A stretch of 64,000 nucleotides of DNA, taken from positions 25,048,001 through 25,112,000 of the forward strand of contig OX597820.1 in assembly GCA_951406725.2 (NCBI GenBank), written 5' to 3'. The position numbers were made by a program, and so were the translations under genes. Position 1 is the first letter of the stretch, and each line of letters opens with the position of its first letter. Shown here one piece after another: positions 39,083 through 52,591 of this stretch. A model generated the notes under the pieces. It ran no database searches. It saw nothing but the letters and a program-made list of their open reading frames with translations, and was not told the DNA's origin. Source of the DNA: Octopus vulgaris. Taxonomy: Eukaryota.

Positions 39083-41364
39083 CTGCAAAGAAACAAGACA
39101 TATCATTTGGAATTGTCAGAGTAGATGTCATGGAAGAATCGAACTCAGACTACGGGCTACAAAGTGATGAATTTAAACTTTACTACATTCTTGAGCAAGA
39201 AATGTTATTTTATTCTATTACACATAGAAAATAAAGGCTTATTTATTTAATGTAATTGTATAAATAAATACATTAGGTAAACTAAGATTATATTTTTGCA
39301 GATTATCAAAATCATCTTTTGAATCTGTATTTACATTATTTATCAGTTCAGAATGGTTTGATGGATATCGTGTCTAGCTGCCAGACAAATGTCACCGAAC
39401 AAATTAAGATATAGTGCAGATAAAAAAAAATTAAGTAAATCTCTACATATATATATAAAGCTGAAGTTATCTGTGTATGGCAGGTTTGGTAGCCTTCAAC
39501 CAACACTATCTCCTCTGAGACCCTGCAGCGCAAGTTGACCAAAATTGAGAGTATGATAGAAGAAGGCTTGCTCTTCATTCCGTAGAAGAAAAAATTCAAA
39601 TCAGACCATGTTAACACAAAACATTATTTACATCAAAAAGATGCTTTTTGTCTATGAAAATCCCTATTTTTTACGATTTTTTGACTGGTGTGTCACCATT
39701 TTTCGGTGTATTTCAACCAGAAAAATGTTCACTTAAAGAGAATAACAAGCCACATAATGCAAAAATTTTTACTTTTCAAAAATTCCAATTCTAAAGGGTC
39801 GAAACAAACCCGAGCAACTCTGGGCGATGCTGCTAGTATATACTAAAAATAAGGCTAGTATGCTGAAAAAATAGATAATCTTAGACATAAGTGAAATAGC
39901 TACAACCAGAAATGAAAAGGTGGGTTATATTCAATAAACTGTAGTTTTCTTCACAATCTCCTTGCAACTTCAGTGAACTACACTGAAAAGTTAACATATC
40001 ATATAAAAAAGTAGTTGTTTAAATTTTCTTTTTCTGAAAAATACTCAGCTTAGGCACAGCCCCAGGCTGAAACCAGTAAAAGATAAAAGATATTTTTCAA
40101 TCATTTTTCTTGACTTATTTAATATTTTATATATTTCTGGGCTGGTGTGTAAGCAAACTTGGTAGAATGTTCAACCAAATGTTTTGCAGTATTTTCCTAC
40201 TTCCCTTAATATTCAGAGTTCAAATCCCATAGAAGTCAACTCTGCCTCCCATCATTTGAGTGTTGATAAACTAAGTTCCAGTCAAATATTGAGGTTGATT
40301 TATTTCATTTTTCTGATTCTTCAGAATGTGTGGATCTTGTGTCAATATCTGAAATAAATATTTTCCGAGCCTACTCAGGACTGTCTCTACATAGATGCCT
40401 GTCAAAGAAAAGAGCTAATTTTGAATGACACCCTTATACATTAGCCAACTTTCCCATTTGCAGCACAAGCAAGTATCTGTGAACATATATTGTCTACTAT
40501 TTGCAGTGTTCCAAATGCAGTGATTACTACATTGGTAGTATGTTCCATCCACTCCATGTCTGGCTGAACAAACTCCTGACAACACATACACAAACACATC
40601 TTGAAATGCAGTAACACCACCAACAATATAAATACTTCCATACTACCCACAGAGAGGAATGTTGGAAACCTCTTGATCAAGGAATCCTTCATGATTCACT
40701 AACTTAACTCTATGATTAGCAATCAGTTAGAGTTGGGCCAATGGGTTTTTTTTCTATCCCTCCGTCATACTTCAGTTTCTCATCACCTGACATAAAGCCC
40801 TTCACTCGATAGTACACCCTTACGCAATTGAGAGGTTTTGTTTTGCAAGAAACAAGGTGACCTCATTTATGAGTTGGAGCTATATAATAAAAAGCACCTG
40901 ATATACATTGGGAAGTGGTTGGCATTAAGAAGAGCATCCAACCTTAGAAACTACGCTAAAGCAGAAACTGAAGTTTGGCACAATCCTCTGTCTGATTGGT
41001 TTCTATTCAAACCATCCAACCCATGCTAGTATGGAAGACAGAAGTTAAATAGTGGTGGTGTTCAGTTAACTATTTCAGCATCAGCCAGCTTATTACCAAA
41101 CATATAATTTGAAAGATGCTCTTCCTCATAGCAACCACTTTACAAAGTATACTGGGTGCTTTTTTCTGTAGCCCCAACACATGTAATAATTGCCTCATAA
41201 CTTGCAAGACCTTAAAGCAGCCTCTATAAATGAGGAGAACAAAGGTGAGAGTGGATGAGGGTCCAAGGTAGAGGCATAGGGGATGGTAAGTAAGAGAAGA
41301 GAGTAGGAGACACAAACTATGTATATGAAACGACAAAATATTAATAAGGTAAAAATAATCCTAC

Positions 41365-41498
41365 CTTTTTCATAAAGTATTCAACCATTGATTTAGTATT
41401 ATAAGTCTTCTTTACATCTTCTTCGGTTACCTTGGTAACAGGCATAGACACAGCAGGGTAGTTCAGTAGATTATAGAGTAAAGTATAGGTTGGAAACC
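41365..41498 (-). CDS. FAAH: FAAH-like exon (equivalent to exon 14)
   Basis: ttgcag|...|gtagga, 134 bp, phase 1/0. FPTYTLLYNLLNYPAVSMPVTKVTEEDVKKTYNTKSMVEYFMKK contains the YTxLYNxLxxPA motif. Confidence 0.93.
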
Positions 41499-41984
41499 CT
41501 GCAAAGAAAATCATCAGGAGAAAGGTGAAATTACTGTTGTTGCTGTTTAAATTCGTCAAGCTAGCCTTTACCAAGCAAACCTGTGGCCTAAGACATTCCA
41601 GTAATGACCATCCCCAACTTTTTTTTATCCAGCATGGATGTATGAATTGAGAAGTTCACTTCCCAACCACGAGGGTCAATGTAATCGATTTTAACCCAAT
41701 GCGACCCCTAACCCAAAAAGTGTAATTGACTTACCCCATTGTGCTAAAATCAATATTAACTCACTTGCTGATTTGGTGTTCTGAGTTCAAATTCTGCTGA
41801 AGTTGACTTTGCCTTTCATCCTCTTGAGGTCAATAAAATAAGTACCAATTGAGTACTGGAGTCGATGTAATCAACTTTTCCCCTCCCCAAAAATTTGGTG
41901 GCCTTGTGCCAAAATTTGAAACCAATATTAACCCACTTGTTACAATGTTTCAGTTGAAATACACTGTTTCTCATCATTATCATC

Positions 41985-42778
41985 ATCGTTTAACATCTGC
42001 TTTCCATGCTAGCATAAGTTGGACGATTTCACTGAGGACTGATGAACCAGATGGCTGCACCAGGCTCCAATCTTGATCTGGCAGAGTTTCTACCTTCACT
42101 TGCCTCAACAGGTCTTCGCAAGCAGAGTTTAGTGTCCAATGACGGAAAGGTATGCATAAGTGGGCTGGTTACACCCCTGGCATAGGCAACAAGGTTATGG
42201 TCTCACTTGGCTTGCCAGGTCTTCTCAAGCACAGCATATTTCCAAAGGTCTCGGTCACTAGTCATTGCCTCAGTGAGGCCTAATGTTCGAAGGTCACGCT
42301 TCACCACTTCATTCCAGGTCTTCCTGGGTCTACCTTTTCCACAAGTTCCCTCAACCGCTAGGGTGTGGCACTTTTTCACACAGCTATCCTCATCCATTCT
42401 CACCACATGACTGTACCAGCACAGTCGTCTCTCTTGCACACCACATCTGATGCTTCTTAGGTCCAACTTTACTATCAAGATACTTACACTCTGTCAAGTA
42501 TGCACATTGACATTACACATTCATCGGATCATACTAGCTTCATTCCTTGTGAGCTTACACATGTCCTCAGCAGTCATGGCCCATGTTTCACTGCCATGTA
42601 GCATGGCTGTTCGTACACATGCGTCATACAGTCTACCTTTTACTCTGAGTGAGAGGCCCTTTGTCACCAGCAGAGATAAGAGCTCCCTGAACTTTGCCCA
42701 GGCTATTCTTATTCTAGCAGCTACACTTTCAGTGCACCTTCCCCTGCTACTGACTTGGTCGCCTAGGTAATGGAAGCT
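41985..42778 (-). mobile_element. RTE LINE 3' fragment
   Basis: Homologous to 35700-36335 plus the 3' tail. Confidence 0.9.
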
Positions 42779-43171
42779 TGTCTCTGTTTCAATTAATTTT
42801 GAAATAATGAAAAATTTTATAAAACAACTCTGTCTTTATTAAGCTGATGTTTGGAACATAAATTTACAAGAAGCCCTGATAGACGGTTTTAACACTTAAG
42901 CATTTAAACCAGTCAAATCCAGCCCAAATATTCACACTGTTATATTTTCAAACTGGCTAGATCCTGCTTTTTACACTTATTCTATATTGTCAATCTAGAA
43001 ATATACAATCAGGTGCAGGAGTGGCTGTGTGGTAAGTAGCTTGCTCACCAACCACATGGTTCCGGGTTCATTCCCACTGTGTGGCACCTTGGGCAAGTGT
43101 CTTCTACTGTAGCCTCAGGCCAACCAAAGACTTGTGAGTGGATTTGGTAGACAGAAACTGAAAGAAACCCA

Positions 43172-43221
<50 letters not shown>

Positions 43222-43224
43222 TTA

Positions 43225-45237
43225 AATGCCAGGGAAAAGCACCACTGATGCCATATTTCTGGTGAGACAGCTGCAGGAGAAATACCTAGCCAAAGATAAG
43301 CCCCTGTACCTGGCTTTCGTTGACATGGAGAAAGCCTTTGACAGGGTCCCCGATCCCTTATCTGGTGGTCAATGAGGAAACTAGGGATAGATGAATGGCT
43401 GGCGAGGGCTGTGCAAGCCATGTACAGGGATGCTGTAAGTAAGGTAAGGGTTGGCAACATGTACACAGAAGAATTCAAAGTAGAGGTTGGGGTCCACCAG
43501 GGTTCAGTACTCAGCCCCTCCTATTTATCATAGTCCTCCAGGCAATTATGGAGGAATTCAAGACAGGTTGCCCCTGGGAGCTCCTATATGCTGACGACCT
43601 TGCTCTAATTGCTGAGTCACTGTCAGAACTGGAGGAGAAGTTCCGGGTGTGGAAGGAGGGTCTAGAATCGAAGGGCCTTAGAGTCAACCTAGCTAAAACC
43701 AAAGTACTAATAAGTAGGGAGGTAGACAATCCACAAATGTCTTCAGGAAGATGGCCCTGCTCGATCTGTAGAAAAGGTGTAGGTAGAAACTCTATAAGAT
43801 GCACCCAGTGTAAGCTATGGACACATAAGAGGTGCAGCAATGTCAAAGGAAGGCTAACTGGGAAGATAGTTTTTGTATGTGGCAGATGCTCAGGAGCAAT
43901 AATCTCTGAAAATCTGCAGAAAACAACTTCCGTCACTTTCCAGGGGGAAAAACTAGAAGTAGTTGATAGCTTCCGTTATCTAGGTGACCAAGTCAGTAGT
44001 GGGGGTGGGTGCATTAAAAGTGTAACTGCTAGAGTAAGAATAGCCTGGGCAAAGTTTAGGGAGCTCTTACCTCTGCTGGTGACTAAAGGCCTCTTGCTCA
44101 GAGTAAAAGGCAGACTGTATGATGCATGTGTACGAACAGCCATGCTACATGGCAGTGAAACATGGGCCATGACTGCTGAGGACATGCGTAAGCTCGTGAG
44201 GAATGAAGCCAGTATGCTCCGATGGATGTGTAATGTCAGCGTGCATACTCGACAGAGCGTTAGTACCCTGAGAGACATGTTGGACCTAAGAAGCATCAGT
44301 TGTGGTGTGCAAGAGAGACAATTGCGCTGGTATGGTCATGTGGCGAGAATGGATGAAGATAGGTGTGTGAAAAAGTGCCAATCCCTAGCAGTTGAGGGAA
44401 CCCGTGGAAGAGGTAGACCCAGGAAAACCTGGGACGAGGTGGTGAAGCACGACCTTCAAACCTTGGGTCTCACTGAGGAAATGACCGGCGACCGAGACCT
44501 TTGGAAATATGCTGTGCGTGAGAAGACCAGGCAGGACAAGTGAGTCCAGCCCACTTATGCATGCCTTTCCCCCCTTGAACACACAAAGACCTGTTGAGGC
44601 AAGCGAAGTCGATATCGAACCTCATCCGATGACAGGTACCTATGGCAACCCCCCTTGCTTGCGAAGACCTGTTGGGGCAAGTGAAATCGAAATTGAACCA
44701 ATCCTATGACTAGCACCCGGCAGATGCCAGGGCCCTGGGACTGGAGGTACGTAAAAAGCACTCTGAATTGTGGCCGATGCCAGCGCCGCCTCGACTGGCT
44801 TCCGTGTCGGTGGCACGTAAAAAGCACCATCCAAATCGTAGCCGAAGCCAGTACCGCCTCGACTGGCTTCCATAAAATGCACCATCCAAATTGTGGCCGA
44901 TGCCAGCGCCGCCTCGACTGGCTTCCGTGTCGGTGGCACGTAAAAAGCACCATCCGAATCGTACCGAAGCCAGTGCCGCCTCGACTGGCTTCCACAAAAT
45001 GCACCAATCCGACCGTGGCCGATGCCAGCCTCGCCTGGCACCAGTGCAGGTGGCACGTAAAAAGCACCCACTACACTCACGGAGTAGTTGGTGTTAGGAA
45101 GGGCATCCAGCTGTAGAAACGTTGCCAGATAAGACCGGAGCCTGGTGCAGCCTTCTGGCTTCCCAGATCCCCGGTCGAACCGTCCAACCCATGCTAGCAT
45201 GGAGAACGGACGTTAAACGATTATGATGATGATGATA
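43225..45237 (+). mobile_element. 5'-truncated RTE-clade LINE inserted in the (TA)n tract of a SINE, antisense in a FAAH intron
   Basis: RT ORF 43548-44543 is nearly identical to 35764-36936; 3' UTR has internal tandem repeats and a (GAT)n tail. Confidence 0.92.
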
Positions 45238-45833
45238 TGTATGTGTGTGCATATGTTTTTTTGTCTGTGTTTGTCCCCCAACATCACTTGACAACTGATG
45301 CTGGTGTGTTTACGTCCCTGTAACTTAGTGGTTTGGCAAAAGAGATCAATAGAGTAAGTACTATGCTTACAAAGAATAAGTCCTGGGGTCGATTTGCTCG
45401 ACTAAATGACTGAAACAATTACACAAGTAAAAGAGTGTAATCATCCTATGATACCAAGACAAGGAGACACATGCATACACACACATTTATATGGCAGGCT
45501 TCTTTCAGTTTCCATCTACCAAATCCATCTGACAAAGTTTAGGTCAGCCCAAAGACACTTTCCCAAGGTGCCATGCAGTGGGACTGAATCAAATAGCAAA
45601 TAGTCAAGAAGCAAATTTCTCACACAGCCATGCTTGCACTTATATTAATATTTTAATAATTTTATACATGTGAAATAAACAAGATCAATTCGTTGACAAC
45701 CAATTTAAGATTTACATCCATGGATTAAATATAGAACTGTATCATATCCATAGACTTTTTTTTGTTACATACCTAATATTATAAAAGTTTCTTATTGTTA
45801 AATGTCCAATTTAGATAAATGTTATGAACTTAC

Positions 45834-45942
45834 TTCCAAAGCCTGGACAATTAATTAGAAGTGATGGTGAACCAAAGACAGGGCAGATGAGAGCATCCAA
45901 TTTCTGTTTTTGCATAGCGTCAGCAAACTCTTTGTCATAATC
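45834..45942 (-). CDS. FAAH: FAAH-like exon (equivalent to exon 13)
   Basis: tttcag|...|gtaagt, 109 bp, phase 0/1. DYDKEFADAMQKQKLDALICPVFGSPSLLINCPGFG contains the amidase LDxxxxP motif. Confidence 0.92.
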
Positions 45943-48296
45943 CTGAAACATAAGAGAACAGCCAATAATAAATAAAGATTTTAACAATCTTAACAATAAA
46001 ACTCTTTATTTCATGTCTACACACACACACACACCTACACACATTCACTTGGAGTTCACAAAGTATGTAAATTAATTTAATATATAGGGGCAGTAGTAGC
46101 TGTGTGGTAAGAAGCTTGCTTCCCAACCACATGGTTCTTGGTTCAGTCGCACTTTGGGTAAGTGTCTTCTACTATAGCCGCAGGCCATCCAAAGCCTAGT
46201 GAGTGTATTTGGTAGACGGAAACTGAAGGAAGGCCCTAGCATATGTATATCTGTATATATATAGGAATTATTTGTGTAATGAGATAAAAAACCAAGGATG
46301 TATAGATATTAGAGCAGAACCAATGTTGAACCCTTTATTCATAATATTACCGAATCTGGAACTTAACTATGGTCTGTCTATAGCACTTATTCAGAATAAC
46401 CTGACACCTTTGGGTCTCAATGACATCACTATCTCTTATAACCTCAACTTCTCGCTAATATATGTATGTATGTATATATATATATATATATATATTTTTA
46501 TGTCAGGTCACTTTCGTGTGCTACTGGTGACATGTAACCCAGTACAACCTGTTGCATGGTCAGGCCATCAACAACTAAACTGGCAACCCCACCAAGCTTG
46601 CTTGGTGAGGAGGGTGATTATTGGACACCCTGCGCGATGAAAAACAAAACCCGTCAAAGGACGGAGGAATTCTTGAGAGTCAATGGCCATCCAATAAATG
46701 TGTATTTTTTTTTTCTCTTAAGACTTAAGGCTGTAACATGCGAGGGGACATAGAAATAATCAGACTGAATACCCGATCACGCGGTTAAACCATTGGGAGC
46801 GAAGGATACCTAGCCTTTGTTAGGGCATCCTTCTAGGAGAAGGTAACTCAGGTTCTTCTTTTCGGATTATAGCTGCTGTTGCTTAGTGAGTGGGATTGAC
46901 TCAGTGCACAGCCTTTCCTCACTTTAAAAAAATCTACTTGCACAGGCATTGCATGATAACAACATTGTTTATGATTGTTGATGGTGCTGTGAGTTTCAAC
47001 TGAATGGCTGGCTGTAGCCTTAAAAAGCAAATAAAAGTCACATTCGATCACAGCACCAATAACAGTTAAGCTTCGTGCAATGGCCATACTCGATAACGAG
47101 GGGGTAGCCATCATATATATATATATGTCTGTATGTCTTGGTGTCTGTGTTTGCTCCCCGCCCATCACTTGACAACCGATGCTGGTATGTTTATTCCCCC
47201 ATAACTTAGTGCTTCAGCAAAAGAGGCTGATAGAATAAGTACTAGGCTTATGAAAAATAAGTCCTGGGGTCAATATCTTTGACTAAAACCTTTTAAGGTA
47301 GTACTCCAGCATGGCTGCAATGAAATGTCTGAAATATGTAAAAGAATACAAGAATACCATATTTGATGACATATTACATACATTCCAGCCAGAATATTAA
47401 ATGTATCCCAATTAGATGTGACCAGGCCAGTGGCAGAAAACAGAGGTGGTTAGAGAGATTATTAGAATATTGGATACATCCGGATTTCAGCAGTACATAT
47501 TCAGGACAAAATAAATGCTTTTAGTGCATTAAAGCATGTGATATAGACCCAGCTTTGCATATAGGACCAGGAGTGATTCTTTTTTTAAACGTTTTTTGGA
47601 AAAGAATTGTGTCCTACATGCCATATATTGATAAGTAACCCTGCCTGTTATATGGGGGACCAGGCTTTGATTACCTACCAGGGAGACTAGAAATTTTTTA
47701 GGTGCAAGCACGGGTGCTTCTCAACCTCATGGTTCCAGGTTCAGTTACACAGCATGGTGCCTTGGACAAATGTCTTCTACTATATCCTCAGGACAACCAA
47801 AGCCTTGTGAGTGGATTTGGTGGATGGAAACTGAGAGAAGCCTGTTGTACATATATATATATATATATATATGTATGAATGTATGTATGTATTTATGTAT
47901 GTATGTATATATGCATATGTGTGTATGTATGTATATGCATATGTGTGTGTGTGTGTGTGTGTATCATATATATCTATGTTTGCAAGTGTCTTTGTGTCTC
48001 TCCCCTGTCACTGCTTCACAACCAGTGTTGGTGTATTTACATCCCCATAACTTAGTGGTCCAGCAAAAGAGAACAATAGAATACTAGGCTTAAGAAATAA
48101 GTTCTGGAGCTGATTTGTTTGACTAAAACCCTTCAAGGCAGTGCTCCAGCATGGCTACAGTTAAATGACAGAAACGATTAAAAGAAATGAATAAAAGAAT
48201 TAAACATTTTTATTGCTTTTTCCTTATGTATTATCAACTGGAACTAATTCAACAACATGTCCATCAAAAGAAGAATGGAATTTTAAACTGACTCAC

Positions 48297-48336
48297 CTGT
48301 TTTTTATTCACCAAATTATATATGTCATCATGTTTT
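48297..48336 (-). CDS. FAAH: FAAH-like short exon (equivalent to exon 12)
   Basis: ttccag|...|gtgagt, 40 bp, phase 2/0. KHDDIYNLVNKKQ; closes the frame between its neighbours. Confidence 0.75.
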
Positions 48337-48479
48337 CTGGAATTAAAAAAAAAAAAAGGAGAGAAAATATTACTTTTGGTGACAAGATTATTCAAAACTC
48401 ATGCTGGACCAATTTTAGTTTGATCATGGAAAGTTTACTAGCTTTGGTAATTCAGTTACAGAAACAGCAACAACACTAG

Positions 48480-50800
48480 TTGTTGGAATTTCAGAAACAA
48501 CAGTAACTGTTAGTACAACTGATACAAAAGAAAACAGAAAATACATCTAGTTTGTTTACCTCTGACACTGTCAAAAATTCGATGGGAGAGTTCGCATATA
48601 ACCCAGAGGAGGACACTATCTTTTCTGCTTGCTTTAGAAGGTATGAGGAAAGTTTTAAAGAAGAGTGCTGTGACTGGCAAGACAAGAAAAAACTCAACTT
48701 TTGTTGAGAAAATTGGCACCAGCCGAGCATGAGGAATATTGTAATTACATATTACCAAAGATAATGAGTGAAGTCTGTTTTGAAGAAATGGCAAATATTC
48801 TATCAAAGATTTTCAGCAAAAGAAGCTCTTTATTTAATACACACAAGCATGAATATTACAAGTAAATAGGATGAAGATTTTATTACATACATTGGAATCG
48901 TTAATGGGGAATGCGAGATATTTAAAATTAACAAACTAACACCAGATATGTTTAAATGCTTAATATTTGTGCAAGGTTTAATAGCAAAGAAAGAGGAAGA
49001 AATTCTTAACTTAATTCTAGCTAAATTAGAGCAGAATCAGAAGCTAACACTACAAGAAATATCTGAAGAATGCCAGAAAATTATAAACCTAAGGCACAAT
49101 ACAGAACAAATTGAAGTGAGAAACTGCTCTCATATATAGTCTGTGTGACCAAATATAAGAAATGAAAAGCAGAAAATTAACCCTTTTGGATGTGGAGATT
49201 TACACTACAGATTCGACTGTCCTTATAAAACTCGAAAATGCTTCGAGCATGGTAAGTTAGGTCATAAAAAAATCACACAGTAAAATAAAACCTAGAAAAT
49301 AGTTCAACAGAAAAAAATCATGTCATTAGTTTATCAGCAACAAGAAATACAAACAAGACTCGAAAGAAATTTATATATAAAAATTAATAATACAAATGTA
49401 AAATTACAATTAGATACAAGTAGTGGCATTACTTTAATTAATGAAAACACATGGAAAACAATTGTGAAACCAACACTACAAAAAAGCTTGAAGATTGCAC
49501 GTGAGTCTCAGGGATTAAATTAATTTCTAAAGATGGAATTGTCTGTAACATTACAATTCACGATAAGACAATAAAAGCAAAAACTTATGTATTAAAAAAT
49601 ACAAGCAACCTTTTTGGAACTGACTGGGTGAAACTGTTCAACTTATGAGATTTACCCATAAACAATTTTTGTGAAAATGTAATGGGGTCGTGCACCAGTT
49701 CTAATACTGAATCAGAAAATTTGAAAACAGAAGAGAAAAGGTTGTTCCCTGATGTTTTCTCAGACAAGTTGGGTCAGTGCTATAAGTTTAAAGCAAAATT
49801 TCAGGTAAAAGAAAATTCAATACCAGTTTTCAAACTCAAATGTAATGTATTGTTTGCAGCACTGGAACAAGTGAATAAGGAATTAGACAGACTAGAAAAT
49901 ATGGGAGTGATTGAAAAGATTGACTACTCATAGTGGGCATCTCTAACAGTGTTTGTTAAAAAGGAGAACAGTAAATTTCGTGTATGTGCAGATTTCTCAG
50001 CAGGACTAAACGGACGTTTAAGACAGTATAACTTCCCATTACCTAACCCAGAGGAAATTGTTCTCAAAATTAGATCTTTCTGATGCTTACTTACTAAAAC
50101 GAGTAGAAGATGAATATACTAAGCTGCTAAACATTAATACTGATAAGGGTCTGTACAAATTTAACCAGCTCCCATTTGGCATAAAAGTTGTTCCAGCTAT
50201 ATTCCAACAAGTGATAGATGCAATGCTTGCAGAGTGTGACTTCATGATGGCCAACCTGGATGATATATCATTTAAAAGGGAATCCTGTGATCAGCATATC
50301 AAGCATGGGAAATGTGTTTTTGAAAAAATAAAGTATTACAGTTCCAAACTGGGTTAGAAGAAATGCAAATTTTTCTTGCCTAAAATAAAATACTTAGGAA
50401 AAATTATTGATAAAAATGGTCATTTACTAGATCTGTCAAGAGCAAATGTGATTAAAAATATGCCCCCTTCCAACAAATATATCTACCTTACAAGCTTTTT
50501 TGGGACTTGCAAACTAGCATCAGATTATTATTATTATTATTTATTTATATACCAGATATGCACTAAATAATTTACTAAAAAAAAAGATGTAAAGTGGAAT
50601 TGGTCTGAAAACTGTCAGAAGGCATTTGACAAAATTAAAAAGATTTGTCTTTAGTACATTTCGATCCTGCATTGGAGATTCTATTAGCTTTAGATGCCAA
50701 TGAGTATGGTATTGGAGCAGTAATTCTACATAAATACAAGGATGGTAATATGAAGGCCATGGCCCATACCTTGCATTCTCAGCAAGCCATAATAATGTTG
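48480..50800 (+). mobile_element. decayed Ty3/Gypsy gag-pol
   Basis: Protease LQLDTSS, RT FSKLDLSDAY / LPFGIK / NLDDI, RNase H LDANEYGIGAVI; many stops. Confidence 0.85.
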
Positions 50801-51129
50801 GTAAATTTAGTTCATCACAACATGCAGTTGTATGGATGCAATTAATATTGGATGAGATGAGTCTCCATCATCAGAGTAGAGAAGATCTTACATTTCAGAT
50901 CTTAATGCAGAGAAGTTGAAAGATTATTATTGTTATTATTACTATATTTATCCCATATTATATTGGTACAGCTTGATGGAATCCCCCAAAACTGGTTCAC
51001 CAGTCAGCATCATTAGACTGTGGCCAGTATAATAGAATAGTATCTTTATTTGCATTATCAAAACATTTCCCATAAACAAATTTAAAAGATATGCATATAT
51101 GTATATATATACATATATATATATATATG

Positions 51130-51170
<41 letters not shown>

Positions 51171-51184
51171 GCATACATACATAC

Positions 51185-52037
51185 ATACAGGAACAGGAAG
51201 TATCAACCAAGTACATGATGTACAAAAGGGATAAAGATGTGAGAAAAACTGTAAAATATGACAACCGATGCAGACTTGGTGGAATTCACACTGAAGATAT
51301 CACCCACATCATAAGTAGTTGTCCAAAAATGTCATCCTGGTATTATCTACCGATGAGATATGGCATTGTAGCTAGGACACTCTATAATGAAATCTGTTGG
51401 AAGGATAATCCCAGGGACAAAGAAATAAAACCAACAATATGGTAGAAGCCATAGCCACTCATAATGAAAAGGAATACTGGTGGAATGTACCAGTGAAGAC
51501 CTCAATAAAATGTAAGCTCAACAGACCTGATATAATGATTTGGGATAGAGAAGAGAAACTGTGCACAGTTGTGGAAATTAGCTGCCAGCAGATGTTAATA
51601 TAAAACTGCTGAACTATTGAGAAATCTGCAGTTACTCTATCCAGATTACAAGTTCAGATTTATACCTGTAATTATTGGGGCCCTGGGATATGTAACACAC
51701 TGCCTAAATACCAATCTTGAGAAATTAGGCTTCTCAAAAGCAGAAAGGAGAAAGCTAATTTGAAGATTACAGATCCAATCCATCACTGGAACTGTAAAAA
51801 TCTGTAAAACTTTCCAGAATTTTATCATTTGAATATATATGAGCATGTCTAGATATGTGACAGTATGCATGAGAATACATACATAAAACATGCAAATCTG
51901 CACATACATACATACATACATACATACAAAAATACCCTGTTATTGATGTTGAAATTCCAATGAAGGAACCTTGGATCTAGGTTAGAAACCAATTCTTTCT
52001 CTATAGGCAAGAAATCTTGAAATAAACTGAATAATGA
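51185..52037 (+). mobile_element. 5'-truncated R4/Dong-like LINE in (CATA)n
   Basis: CRL..EDITHIISSC, NRPDIMIWD and IPVIIGALG motifs; (CATA)n on both flanks. A second copy lies at about 20460-21243. Confidence 0.85.
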
Positions 52038-52126
52038 CATACATACATACATACATACATACATACATAAAAGAGAGAGGAAGGAAAATATACAATCATA
52101 TGCATAGTAACAAATTTCAAACTCAC

Positions 52127-52170
52127 GTCATTCCATCCATTACTGACAGGAATCGAGATGATGTTTTGTC
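52127..52170 (-). CDS. FAAH: FAAH-like short exon (equivalent to exon 11)
   Basis: ttgcag|...|gtgagt, 44 bp, phase 0/2. DKTSSRFLSVMDGM(T). Confidence 0.75.
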
Positions 52171-52344
52171 CTGCAAAATAGTTGAAATTAACTTCAAGAT
52201 GGGAAAATAATGAGAAACTAAAATATCGGACAGACATTTTTAAAAAAGAATAATTTAGTTGTCTTTCTTTCCTTTTTTTTTTTTAATTAATTTCACTGTC
52301 TGAAATAACTTATTGTGAAATTCTTTTTCTTTCACATGTTTGTG

Positions 52345-52443
52345 ATCATCATCATCGTCATCATCATCGTCATCGTTATCATCATCATCATCATCGTCAT
52401 CGTCATCATCATCATCATCGTCATCATCATCATCATCATCATC

Positions 52444-52475
<32 letters not shown>

Positions 52476-52591
52476 CATCATCATCATCATCATCATTGTC
52501 ATCATCATCATCAACGTCATCATCGTCAACATCATCATCGTCAACATCATCATCGTCATCATCATCATCATCGTCATCATCATCATCATCA
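52345..52591. repeat. (ATC)n microsatellite
   Basis: About 250 bp of CAT/CGT repeats; source of the poly-D, poly-I and poly-M ORFs. Confidence 0.95.

Noticed and set aside
44555-45200. 170-186 aa ORFs
   Set aside because: They lie in the tandemly repeated 3' UTR of the RTE LINE.
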